DNA of 64,000 bases from the NCBI GenBank assembly GCA_049322675.1, contig JBMORM010000009.1, positions 222,132-286,131 on the forward strand. Direction: 5' to 3'. The stretch's first letter is position 1; every line of letters begins with the position of its first letter. Positions 10,701 through 20,700 of this stretch are shown piece by piece. Position numbers and translations under genes: made by a program. The stretch is from Patescibacteria group bacterium (GTDB lineage Bacteria > Patescibacteriota > JAHJAL01). The notes under the pieces were generated by a model that was not told the origin of the DNA, did not search any database, and saw only the letters and a list, made by a program, of their open reading frames with translations.

Positions 10701-13700
10701 CAAATTTTATGATGACAACGATAATAAGTTGGAATACTGGACAGAAGAGTGGAACAATCGCGGCACTTCGGTTTTTTGGGTCAAGGTGCCGGTTGGCGAA
10801 ACGGAAAAAATATATTTGTATTATGGTAACTACTCGGGCACAAACGAATCCAATTACGACGATGTTTTTAGTAAAAATTATAATACAAGTGGTTTGGTCG
10901 CCGGTTGGCATTTGGACGATGTCGTCACCAGCAGCACGGTTGCAGACTATTCCAGTAACAACAATACAGGAACTTTGACCAATGGACCAATTTGGCAAGA
11001 GACCGATGGCGGTGGTTGGGCCGATCAGAGCGATCAACATTTTGGTACCGGCTATCACTTGTCTTTTGATGGCAATGATGATTATATCAATGTTCCTCAT
11101 TCGACTAGTGTCGATCCCCAAACTGCCTGGACTTTGGAAACTTGGGTCAATAGGAATTATCTGAGTTCACAACATAGTTTGATCGAAAAATATGCTTGGA
11201 CCAGCGGGACTGGCGGATACGCTATGAGAATTACGGCTGACAATAAGTTGAATGGATTTATCGTCAATGGAACGGCGGCGCAAGGGTGCACGGGTACGAC
11301 CAATATTATGAACGGAGAGTGGTATCACGTCGCTGTCACTTTTGATAGTGCTACTGATTCGATAAGATGCTACGTTAATGGTTTATTGGATGGTTACAAT
11401 AGTGCTGCAACGTACAATCCGATGTCTTCATCTTCTGCTTCTTTAAAAATTGGAGCAAGGGGCAATGATGCCGGATCAGTATTAAATGGGTATTTGGACG
11501 AACCAAGAATATATAGTCGCGCTTTATCAAGCGACGAGGTACGATCTCAATTTGAACGCCGACAATATGGCGCAAATGGCCCGCAAACTATATTGGGCGG
11601 CTCGAGATTGGTTAGCGAAAGTCGCGCCGGTCAAACCGACTGGCTGGATAGCAATTGGAATTACCGCACCGGTTTGACCGTCTTCAACAACAACAATGTT
11701 GATGCGTTAGATGATTATCAAGTGGTTTTCAATTTGGATACCAAATACTTGGTTGACAGCGGCAAAGTATTGAGCAGCGGCAATGATTTGAGATTCACTG
11801 ATAGCGATGGATTGACTTTGCTTGATTATTTTATCCACACCGATCTTAATAATGTGAATACTAAAATATTTATCAAAATACCGGAAGTTGGTGCCGATAG
11901 TCAGAAGAAAATATATATGTATTATGGCAATCCGTCGGCAGAAGCGGCTAGTTCCGAAAGTGCCTTGGATTTTTATGACGACTTTGAAGATGGGATTATC
12001 AATTCAACGAAATGGCCCACTCAATCAATAGGAAGTTATATTACCGAAGAAAACGGTCAAATGAAGATGACCGGAATCCGTGCCGGTAATTATTATCTAC
12101 AAAGTCCGGCTATTTCTTCTGCAAATCTTAATGCAGTTATCGAAGCTCAAACCAGTACACCTACTTTGCCGACAAATTGTTGGTCGCCAGTTTCTTGGTG
12201 GAAATCCACCAGCGCCGGTTTGAGTATTATCGAGTGTCCAGGTTCAATTTTGGACAACAATGATTATGCTTGGCACAATGGTTTGTTGGATAGTGCCCGG
12301 ACAGGGAAGAATGTTTCAGAGACTCATATAAATCAATTGAAAATAAAGGATAATTTTAATACTTCTCTTCAAACCAAATTTTTGGATAGCTATTTTTCGG
12401 ATTGGACGGCAAATTATTTTGACAATTCGCAAGATAGTTATTTTATTAGACTGGGAGCTCGGGCGGATAATTATGATCCTGGTTCCATCCAAACTATGGA
12501 TGGTCGGATAGACTGGGTACTGGCGCGTAGATATACTGAACCGGAACCACGAGTCGGAGCGTATAAAGTAGCCTACACCAGCAAAAAAGGAAATATTGAG
12601 AGCGAGACTTGGTACGGCACGATTTATGTTGAAGAACCAGTAATAGTAAATCCGGGTGCAACTTTGACGATTCAACCGGGAACGATCATCAAATTTAATA
12701 CAGACACATATTTGTTGGCGGAAAACAGCACAATCAATGCGATAGGTCTAAGTTATGATCCGATTTATTTTACTTCGGTCAACGACAATAACCGCGGGAC
12801 AATTATGGACAATTCAACCGGAAATCCGGTGGCGGGTGACTGGATGGGAGTTTATGCGATAGGAAATGGGGATAATATTATGAAATTTTGCGATGTGGCT
12901 TACGGCGGAAAGACCAATGAATTGGGGGGGATAAATTATCGCGGGATGGTCAACGTACGTGAAGACAACATGATGATTGCCAATACGGTTTTTAATAATA
13001 GCGCCAATGCCGATATTTTTGCTTATCAGGCCGATCCGTATATTTATCGCAATAATTTGGGCGACAGTCCATATGGTTTGTATATTAATGCCAATAATCA
13101 AATTATTACTCATGCCATCGAATACAATAGTTTCGCAAATACGACCGAGGCGGCTGTATATGTCGATAATTTGCCGAATACCGACACCGACTCGGGCCCG
13201 GGTTTGGTTTTGCGCAATAACGATATCGACGAGACCAATACCGGATTTTATATCAAAAATATGTCCGGCGATAGTATCAGGGACAACAATGCTGAAAATA
13301 CGATTGATACCAGACAAAACGCTTTCAAAAATCAGACCGGATATATGTGCTACTTTGATGTCGCTGCGGGTGACTGCAAATTTGATCGGACGAGTGGCGG
13401 CGAAATTTTGTTTGATATCAATAGTGCAATTTTGGAAATACCAAATGGTAACGAACACTGGATGGCCGGTAGTACGCAAACTGTTTCTTGGAATTTCAAC
13501 AATGGCAGCAGCAACGGAAGTTATGTGGATATTTATCTTTCGCCCAACAATGGAGAAGAATTTGATTTTACCGTGGCCGCCAATCTAAGATGCGATGGAT
13601 CGGGATCCGGTCCGGGTTGCAATGGCACAAGCGGATCATACAGCTGGTTGGTATCGGGCGTGCCAAACAATGAAAAAAGATTAAAGATAGTTTTGAGAGA

Positions 13701-14685
13701 TAGCGCCGGAAATAGTTTGGTGGAAGATATTTCGGACAAAAACTTTCAAATCAACTTGATTACGGATGAATTGTCGGATGTCCAAGCGGGAGCGGGAGCA
13801 AAACACACTATCAAATTTGCGATTCCTTTTGACTGGCCGGAGTTGGTCAATGACAGTTTCAAAATTTCTTTCCCGGCGCAGTTTGATTTGAACGAATTAA
13901 ACGCCGGCGATATCGCGGCCTCTGGCGGAGATGTGGTTTGGGGAAGTCCGGTTATCAATAGCTTGAGTAACACTATCGCAATTCCATTCACCGGAACATT
14001 GGATGATACGGATGGTTTGATTACTTTTGGATTGGGAAGTGAGAGCAGTAGGATAATCAATCCAGAGGAAAATGGATCATATCGACTAACTATTACTCTT
14101 CATGATAATCAAACCGGTGCCAATCCGGCGATCAGACGACTTTCAACCAATATAAATATCAATGATGATTTAGCTTTTGCTTTCCATGTACCAGCCACGT
14201 TGCAACTTTCTATTCGGGATATTACTGATACTACGGATATTGATCGTTTGAGATTCGAAAATCCTATGGCCAATACTATCCTGGATGTAAGTCATTTGAT
14301 CAAAGTATCAACCAATGCTCACAATGGTTATTCGGTGACAATATCCGAGGATCATGATTTGACCAGTCCGTCCGGGGCGATAATTCCTGATTTTGTCGGC
14401 AGCAACGAACAACCTCAACCTTGGATCGCTCCGCCGGGAGGAACAGTCAATGGCTATTATGGATACCACACGGACGACACTGATTTGTCTTCCGGGACAG
14501 CGGACCGGTTTGCGCTGGCGGACAGATGGGCGGCGGCGATAACTGATCCCAAGGAAATAATCTACTACCCCACTTCGACTCAAGATCAAACCAACACTAT
14601 GACTTTCCGCTTACAATTTACTCCAAAACAAGTGTCGGGTCATTATCAACATACTGTTTTTTACACAATCACTCCAAATTATTAA
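4771..14685 (+). CDS. Giant secreted multidomain protein 2 (3304 aa). Domains in order: signal peptide; conserved N-terminal module; about 5 LamG/ConA-like modules; two four-Cys modules; two DUF2341-LamG pairs; ConA-like glucanase-like domain; right-handed beta-helix; Ig-like; conserved C-terminal module.
   Basis: ATG at 4771 and a signal-peptide-like N-terminus MTKQKHKSKLYLFSLGLLPLLMMGNISG. The LamG motif VGLWHL(D/E)E.GSGAYIKD.SGN.NHGT…GKARSFNGS.DYI recurs. The C-terminus is …TVFYTITPNY, followed by a TAA stop. Confidence 0.9.
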   Translation: MTKQKHKSKLYLFSLGLLPLLMMGNISGENLLKNIAGTSEPKAIIAQTGLLADGYYRYKDDSIGVEFGDRNNGETQSVTFLSAPTTEKNDNYSRPKSISWKIIDPDDKNAGWLEKLTTKIANNLGGRFASTNWKIDGDQAVLYEVLPDVDLRYKILPGLGLKEELIVKGTKEQVEEKYSFDLVTEQGLKLQKASEDNQYNLEVDSYYFTDTRDNYVAHFLPLTIYDSNGQSSNEASLDITNNGGNDYKITITLDHDWLYNVDRQYPIFIDPTIVHDDLTDFNTGNAMNRVEAVAGPKVQLSNQELAAGASTIGLWHMNETSGSTVTDFSGNSNNGTATGTTIIDGKLNKARSFNGTSDLINLGKNPSVKGSSQVTIEGWIYPTSLTNYFPIYFESNNTSGYTRLMLRVGTDGSLNMGGRDTDGTPAYVTFATSATGLITTNKWYHVTGVYNADTDIHKVYINGTDVTSSGNVTAATFPNTVPTDNIFLGFVTGGTYASGTLDEIRLIKRALSTEEIKADAGLRPYGVYTSDVLDLESVNPTFNNINWTENGVRTGDGETDLSTTSLVAQWNFNETSGTTASVSAGSCGSNCNGTLTNMTTTGQDASATSGWTANNKRWGAGALMFDGTDDYVVGIGNSGMSGNPTFTLEAWFKPNILNDATIVGFGDGNTSLGAGSMFLGANGSLSLATAGSNNATTSTGIIKSGQWYHVVIVKIPGAINSTTKIYINGIEYPVTGSTSTPNITNLPVVFGKFPNYSGYYFNGTIDSSRIYSRALSVDEILSNYQAGNVQFQTRTGTDNTPDDGSWEDWRAAGSGVETQILNIDTDSSNWNTDEIDVTNIVKTNDTVVKQEGSGSLKISTGAAQADANTVGLWHLDETGGSGAYIKDGSGNSNHGTPTGTSVTSGISGKARSFNGSNDYISIPNPSSGLTSGGTKTISAWIKTSSTRGVIFNSYDGTNGYQIYVDTSGNLTLYSNGGGVLVTSSKVNDNLWHHVAAVWDGTNAYIYLDGVQKISGARTITTNVTSQVQIGVQCNGSCPTSADYYFNGYIDEVKISNVARTADEIAETYRMGRDHRLDRTISSTDLSEKSSLPFYIAADKPGTYLETTIGESAFANNVSDSNTVGLWHLEEQSGSGAYIKDSSSYANHGTPTGTTVSDGKIGKARSFNGSSDYINLGNNSSLSSDTQTISFWLANKGTNKTAYIIDRSPNSDSWGTFGIVYYSSQLYVTADGEHQVVIPYSSLSNGDFLTFTFNYPTVNFYLNGKLYNTLTFSNHFNAGSSYATSIGRAGEYNNYFFDGAIDEVRIDNVVRTADEIRQAYEIGSRTHAVTIDFAAGLDSGDLISGSSDTSFTIDATTKGLSQKGANLYVGDKIIVRENYDGTEYVAQGLVNSVDISTGAVTVSTWDSGSTFPSSGFTVKADVFKWQREYFDITSSMSSQRNAVTHITTRFTNGSEGRTIWLDDFKSVSNYLTNPIGSTITSSPHRYFQYRLIPTTTNIQTTPSVAAITLDYEKSNMTISGGSTTQTSLNNNNKQSFNITVGGVTCDEVDTTVTAQVSWNQIDWYEVDQTISPVNNLNITKDMNLTTMNGYPTAEGNVTIYVRAETETTTSNIESLIILKDTINPIVATITSVASDVNLPFNDTTNDGSTLVVYTAASDANTCKWDESDLTYGAMSHYCESTTNCTLNLTGYGDKDVYMRCKDNAGNENNDLLSPAPTFSYTIGGISMDSAGTDETFLNNNNKNNFGLKGNNIIYEATGENVVLQGSWNQTDWYDVTTVASPVNGETVSGAADVASWNGYSADGDVTVYLRAKGGTSEYSEIRSFLTTKDTTEAGVTGIVSVAGDSDVPFVDPTNNLNTQVLYTASADAASCKWDTNSALTFTEMANTCENTSSCTLDLEGRGNHTVYFKCQDIHGNNQTNNYALTYSINSASEQPLGWLQTRTVKIDPATPLADYQVRVELTPTTFDYDNTKSDGSDIKFYDDNDNKLEYWTEEWNNRGTSVFWVKVPVGETEKIYLYYGNYSGTNESNYDDVFSKNYNTSGLVAGWHLDDVVTSSTVADYSSNNNTGTLTNGPIWQETDGGGWADQSDQHFGTGYHLSFDGNDDYINVPHSTSVDPQTAWTLETWVNRNYLSSQHSLIEKYAWTSGTGGYAMRITADNKLNGFIVNGTAAQGCTGTTNIMNGEWYHVAVTFDSATDSIRCYVNGLLDGYNSAATYNPMSSSSASLKIGARGNDAGSVLNGYLDEPRIYSRALSSDEVRSQFERRQYGANGPQTILGGSRLVSESRAGQTDWLDSNWNYRTGLTVFNNNNVDALDDYQVVFNLDTKYLVDSGKVLSSGNDLRFTDSDGLTLLDYFIHTDLNNVNTKIFIKIPEVGADSQKKIYMYYGNPSAEAASSESALDFYDDFEDGIINSTKWPTQSIGSYITEENGQMKMTGIRAGNYYLQSPAISSANLNAVIEAQTSTPTLPTNCWSPVSWWKSTSAGLSIIECPGSILDNNDYAWHNGLLDSARTGKNVSETHINQLKIKDNFNTSLQTKFLDSYFSDWTANYFDNSQDSYFIRLGARADNYDPGSIQTMDGRIDWVLARRYTEPEPRVGAYKVAYTSKKGNIESETWYGTIYVEEPVIVNPGATLTIQPGTIIKFNTDTYLLAENSTINAIGLSYDPIYFTSVNDNNRGTIMDNSTGNPVAGDWMGVYAIGNGDNIMKFCDVAYGGKTNELGGINYRGMVNVREDNMMIANTVFNNSANADIFAYQADPYIYRNNLGDSPYGLYINANNQIITHAIEYNSFANTTEAAVYVDNLPNTDTDSGPGLVLRNNDIDETNTGFYIKNMSGDSIRDNNAENTIDTRQNAFKNQTGYMCYFDVAAGDCKFDRTSGGEILFDINSAILEIPNGNEHWMAGSTQTVSWNFNNGSSNGSYVDIYLSPNNGEEFDFTVAANLRCDGSGSGPGCNGTSGSYSWLVSGVPNNEKRLKIVLRDSAGNSLVEDISDKNFQINLITDELSDVQAGAGAKHTIKFAIPFDWPELVNDSFKISFPAQFDLNELNAGDIAASGGDVVWGSPVINSLSNTIAIPFTGTLDDTDGLITFGLGSESSRIINPEENGSYRLTITLHDNQTGANPAIRRLSTNININDDLAFAFHVPATLQLSIRDITDTTDIDRLRFENPMANTILDVSHLIKVSTNAHNGYSVTISEDHDLTSPSGAIIPDFVGSNEQPQPWIAPPGGTVNGYYGYHTDDTDLSSGTADRFALADRWAAAITDPKEIIYYPTSTQDQTNTMTFRLQFTPKQVSGHYQHTVFYTITPNY
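10573..10840 (+). other. DUF2341 domain, copy 1, in giant protein 2.
   Basis: LGWLQTRTVKIDPATPLADYQVRVELTPTTFDYDNTKSDGSDIKFYDDNDNKLEYWTEEWNNRGTSVFWVKVPVGETEKIYLYYGNYSG matches the DUF2341 pattern W.yR..i.i………DG.D.rF.d…..L.ye.E.w………WVKvP………IY.YYGN. A LamG module follows immediately. Confidence 0.6.
11641..11940 (+). other. DUF2341 domain, copy 2, in giant protein 2.
   Basis: WLDSNWNYRTGLTVFNNNNVDALDDYQVVFNLDTKYLVDSGKVLSSGNDLRFTDSDGLTLLDYFIHTDLNNVNTKIFIKIPEVGADSQKKIYMYYGNPSA. Confidence 0.6.
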
Positions 14686-14769
14686 GAAGTATAATGGTAG
14701 GGGAAGAAATTTTTAATTTTTAAATATGTTTTGTTGGACTATCAAGATGAAAAACAAAATAAAATAAAT

Positions 14770-17700
14770 ATGAAAATCCCAAAAATAAAAAAATTGCTCC
14801 AGTTTACTCCCATGGTATTGTTGTGCCTGGCTTTGGTGGTGGTACTGATTTTGAAGGTGAGAATTCCGACGACTTCGAAAGAGATTTCGGTCAACACCAA
14901 AGAACAAACCCAGTCAATGACGGACAAACAGGCCGAGTCGGACCAAAGTCCGACTGCGGGCAAGAAAAAGATGTCGGTGACAACCAATATCAGCAAGATT
15001 GAGATTGCCCCGGTGGTTGACGAAAAACAGCAAAAATACTTGTACAATGAGGCGGTGGAGGCAATTATCAATGTCGATCGAATCAGAAATGACGACTCCA
15101 CTTTGCCGTCAGACAATGCTTTCAGTAAAAAGAAAGACAAGCAATATTGGTGGGATTTGATCAATTGGTTTGGCAAAGAAGTAGTCGAAGCCAAAAATGA
15201 TGATTTTACCCTAAAAAATTATTTGGATGCCAATCAAATCAGAACCGAAGTGCAGCTAACAGAGGAGCAAAAAGATTTTGCCGTTTCTTTGGAAGTGCCC
15301 AACAGTAAAACAGTAACTTCGTCACGCGGTGATTTTATCCAATACGAATTTGATCAAAGTACAGTTGTCCAGTACCAGTTGAAAAATAATCGTTTGAAAG
15401 AAAATATTATTTATAATTTTAAACCGGCGGAGAATTATTTTTATTTCAATATTGACCGGGCGGACAATCTGGAGATAATTCCTAAGCCCGATGGAGAAAT
15501 TATTATTCAAACCAAAGATGAACCGCGACATATCGTTGCGACCGTGATGGCGCCGACAGTGGTGGATCGCAAAGGCAAAGTGGGAAAAATTAGCTTGGAA
15601 TATTCAGAAAATCGATACAAGTATATTATTGACCAGGCTTGGTTGGATCAGGCTAATTACCCGGTGGTAATAGATCCTTCTTTGCAACTTGGAGCGGTAT
15701 TGTATTATACCGGCGGGACGGTAAATGTCGAATGGCATGGTGACGGTTCAGACTACCGTGATACCGGCGTATTTTTGTATAAAGACGAAGTATCGTTGTA
15801 TTCGCCGATTAATCAATATTTGATCAGTAATATTGATTACGGGGATTGCAATCCGGCGGTAGGTGTTTTTCAGCTTTGCAATAAAGGAACAACCAGTTTT
15901 AATCTAGGCGATCAATATGTCGGCCAGGAATTGAAATTTGGAAATAAAGTCTATCAGAGTGACATAATTTATTACACCGGTCCCGCCAGTCGCAATCCGG
16001 ATAATCAAGTTCACACCATTATAGTCTATGAAGAAAGTTTTAATGCATATGTTATCAGATTTCTTCGAAATCATCCGACAAAAAATGGGATGTGGTATGG
16101 TCCGTCTGTCGATATTTGGCTGACCGGCGGATTATCCGATTCGCCACCGCCAGTTGATCCGACTCCCACCACTTCCCCCGAACCGATTTTGTCCAATCTG
16201 TCCTGTGTCAGCAACAGCGGACAGATAACCGTCAATTTTGACACTACCGGTTTTGGTTCCACTGCAACTTATGCCATAAAATTTGTCGGAAATGGTACGC
16301 AGTATCTCCAGTCAAACAACACTTTGGGCGATACGGAAGTCTGGAGAACTAAAGGAGAATGGGGAAATAATATCCGCGTAACCGGTTTGACCGCCGGCAC
16401 GGATTATACAGTTTCAATTTCCGCCAAACCGGATGGAGCCGGTACGGCGTTGGCTTATGGACCGACTAAAAATACCACCGAGATTTGTTCTCAGGATACT
16501 TTCAATGATTCAGGACAAGTTTGCGGTGATGGCGTAATCCAATTTCCAGAAGAATGCGATGACGGTAATACCAATGACGGAGATGGTTGTGACCGCAATT
16601 GCACCAATGAACCAGCGGCAGTAACCGATCCGCCGACAGTTGACATCAAGGCTAACGGTTCAGATAGTCCTTCGACATTGCCAAACAACAGCACGGTCAC
16701 CTTGTCTTGGACTTCAAGCAATGCCACTTCTTGTACTGCTTCCGGCAGCTGGTCGGGTGATAAGGCGACAAACGGAAGTGAAAACCAAGGCCCGCTCACT
16801 ACTGGCACCTATACATATGTTATTCAATGCACCAACTCGGCCGGCAGTCGCTCGGATAGTGTTACTATCACGATTTTTTCTCCTCCATGTGACATTACTT
16901 ATACATATTCTACAACAAATACAGATGTAAATACTGTTTCTAATCATTGGCATGGGACTGTATGTATTAATAGAAATTTATTTATCGCTGGTTCCAATAC
17001 TTTGACTATAGATCCAGGCACGGTAATAAAATTTTATGTTGGCAATGCCAATGAAAGATGGCGTATTTTAAATTACGGTACTCTAAATGCTATCGGTACT
17101 GAAGATAATCCAATTTATTTTACGTCTTTTCGAGACAATTCTATCGGTAATATTGTACCTGGAGGATCAGGGACGCCTCAAAAAGGAGAATGGAATGAAT
17201 TGAATTTCAACGCCTATGGTGATAGTTATCAGGGCATTGGTGAACTAAACAACGTAGTAATCAGATATGCAACTACCGGTATCAATGATTATGTTCATAC
17301 TGCCTTTAGTACATCTCCCCATAAACCCGAACCAATTTTGAGAAATATTATTATAGAAAACTGTTCCGGCGATGGAATATATATTGAACGCAGTCATCCA
17401 ATACTTGAGAATGTTACTATCAGAAATAACGGCGGTAATGCAATTTATCTCAATTTGTATGGTTATTCAAATTCTAATGGTCGTGCCAATGTAAATTTTC
17501 TTGGTAATAATGTTGCTATAAATAATAAATTAGATGGAATATATGTTAATAATCATGCACTTTCGTCAACTGCAATATTGGAAAATATTACTTGGAATAA
17601 TGACTTCCCTTATTATTTAGCACAAAATTTTAATATTGAACGCGATGCGATTTTATCTATTGAAAAGGGAACTGTTATTAAATCTGCTGATGATGTCACA

Positions 17701-20700
17701 TTCACTGTTTGGGGTACATTGGTAGCTATTGGCACAGTTGACGAACCGGTATATTTCACTTCTGCCTATGATAACACAACTCCAGATGGTGATATTACAC
17801 CAACAAATGGAGAAGATAATATCCCTACTAAAGGCGATTGGGCGCAACTTATTTTTCTAGCCAATCGTAATGATGCTGATCAAGCCAATGGCGAATTGAA
17901 TAATGTGATTATTCGTTATGCTGTAAATGGAATCAACGATTATGTTCATACCACTTATGTGAGTTCACCGGATAAGCCAGAACCAATATTGCGTAATATT
18001 CTAATAGAAAACTGTTCTGGCAGTGGTGTCAATATTGATCGCAGTCATCCAATATTGGAAAATATTACTATAAAAAATTGCTACAAAGCTATTAATCTTG
18101 ATTTGTATGGCATCACTAGTTCTGATGGTCGTGCCAACGTTCGTTTTCTAGGCAAGATAGTTGCTGAAAATAATGAATATAATGGTGTGTATGTTTACAA
18201 CCGAGCCCATTCTCCAGCTGTAATTCAAGAAAATATTTCCTGGGACAATAATTTACCTTATTATCTAGGTGGAAGCTTAACAATCAATCCTGGAATATCT
18301 TTGACATTAAGTCCGGGAACCATTATCAAGATTGGTTCTGGATACAAAATAGAAAATCGCGGCTTGTTGTATGCTGTTGGCTCTTCTGAACAACCAATAT
18401 TTTTTACTTCAGCCAAAGACAATACTACACCGGATGGTGATATCACTCCGAAAAACACCACAGATAATAATCCAACCAAAGGTGATTGGAATGAAATAAT
18501 GTTCAATGCATATAATAATAATTATCAAGGTGCGGGAGAATTGAACAATGTCATTATCCGTTATTCCACTAATGGGATAAATGATTATACCCATATTCTT
18601 TATCAGTCTTCGCTTCCAAAACAAGAACCAGTATTAAGAAATATTACAATAGAAAAATGTTCAGCTAGTGGCATTTCAATCCAACGGAGTCATCTTATTA
18701 TAGATAATGCTAGTATTAGTGATTGTGATGGAAACGCAGTTAGTTTAGATATGTATGGTTTTGATTTTTCTGATGGTCGAGCAAATATTAGTTTTACTGG
18801 CACCACTTCTGTATCTGGTAACGGTCTAGACGGTATTTATGTGTTTCATTCTACGAATAATATTATTTCATTAGCAGAAGATATAACATGGGAAGGCACT
18901 ATTCCTTACTATGTTTCAGAAACAATCGAAGTGCCATATCTATATAAAATGACTATTCAGCCAGGTACAATATTAAAATTTGGTTCGGCGGCAGATCTTC
19001 ATGTTTTAGGCCGCTTAAATATCGGTGATCAAAACAATATAGACATTCGGCCGGTTTATATGACATCTATCAAAGATGATAGCTCGGAAACTGGAGGCGA
19101 TATCCAAAACAATGCTGGCAATGATCCAAGTAAAGGTGATTGGGGTAAATTAATATTCGACGCATATAATAATTATAATATTGGCGCGGGAGAAATTAAT
19201 AATTTAATAATTAGATATGCCACCATAGGCATACAAGATTATGTCCATCATTTAAATGCAAACGATTTACCAAAACAAGAACCGGTATTAAAAAATATTA
19301 TTATTGAAAATTGTTCATCGCATGGAATTTCTGTCGATCGCAGCCATCCGATATTTGAAAATTTAATAATTCGAAACAATAATAGTAACGCCGTTAATTT
19401 AGATATGTATGGTTTGAGTTCATCAGATGGAAAAGCCACGATAAATTTTGTTGGAAACGTTGTAGCTGAAAATAATGGTTTAGATGGAATATATATTTTT
19501 AATAGTGCACACGAACCAACGGTAATTATTGAAAATGTAAACTGGGACAATGATTTACCATATTATATCGCAAATAATCTTTCAGTTTATTCTAGTTCTA
19601 CTTTAAATATTGAAAGTGGAACAGTTATAAAGTTTGGGCCAAGTAAGTCATTAACAATTAATGGAAAATTAAACTTAAACGGTACATCCGAGAAACCTAT
19701 TTATTTGACATCATCAAAGGACAATAATACACCAGATGGAGATATAACTCCGCTCAATTTTTCTGATAATACGCCAGCCAAAGAAGACTGGGGCGGAGTT
19801 TTGTATTCTGGAAGTAGCGCTGGTGGCAAGGTATATAACACTACTTTCCGTTATGGCGCAGGTGGTACGGGCAATTATGACTATGAGTTGGCTTTTGATG
19901 GAGTTACTGCTAATACAGTAGAAGTCAAAAACAGTAATTTCAATTTTACCAATCGCGGTCTTTATGCCAATAATTCTAAATTAAGTATTCATGATAATAT
20001 TTTTGATTCTTCGTCTGATTACGGAGTGGTGATCAATAATCCGCCGACAGGATTTGTGTTTGATCGAAACGAAATCGCCCATTCTGATACCGGAATATGG
20101 ATCACCGCCGCTTCCAATGGTTTGACTTTGAGCAACAACAATATTCACGACGTCTTGACCGGAGTTTTGGGGCAAAATATTTCGACCAATGGCGTGTTGA
20201 TGACGGGAAATTATATCGATGCCAGCAATTATCTTATTCGCAACAATAGTTCACCTTTTGTTTCCGGTAGTTGCGCTTCCCCATCAACCAGCACAACAAT
20301 CAACGCTTGCGTAGCCAACAATTGGGGCAGCTATCCGGTTAGCGATTATCCGACGGGCAAGATTTACAAAAATCCCGGAAATATCTTGTACAACAATTAT
20401 GGAGTACAATTGACAGCGCCAAATGGAGGAGAAAGATGGAGTCCGCGTAGCCGACATAATATTATTTGGACTACCTACAATACCGGCGGCAATAGTCGTT
20501 ACGCTGATTTGCATTATTCTTTTGACGGCGGAACAAATTGGACTTTGATCGCAGAGAATATTGATCATCAAGGCGGAGCCACCATCTTTGGTACTTACGA
20601 TTGGTTGATTCCTGACACCGTTTCGGCTCAGACCTTGGTCAAAGTAGATATCAAAGATCTAAATGAAACCATAATAGCCAGCGATGTTTCCAATAGTTAT

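Noticed and set aside
14686-14769. A TATAAT at 14690-14695 as the promoter of giant gene 3.
   Set aside because: There is no acceptable -35 at 16-19 nt spacing. The 45-84 nt gap after gene 2 has no terminator, so co-transcription with gene 2 is equally plausible.
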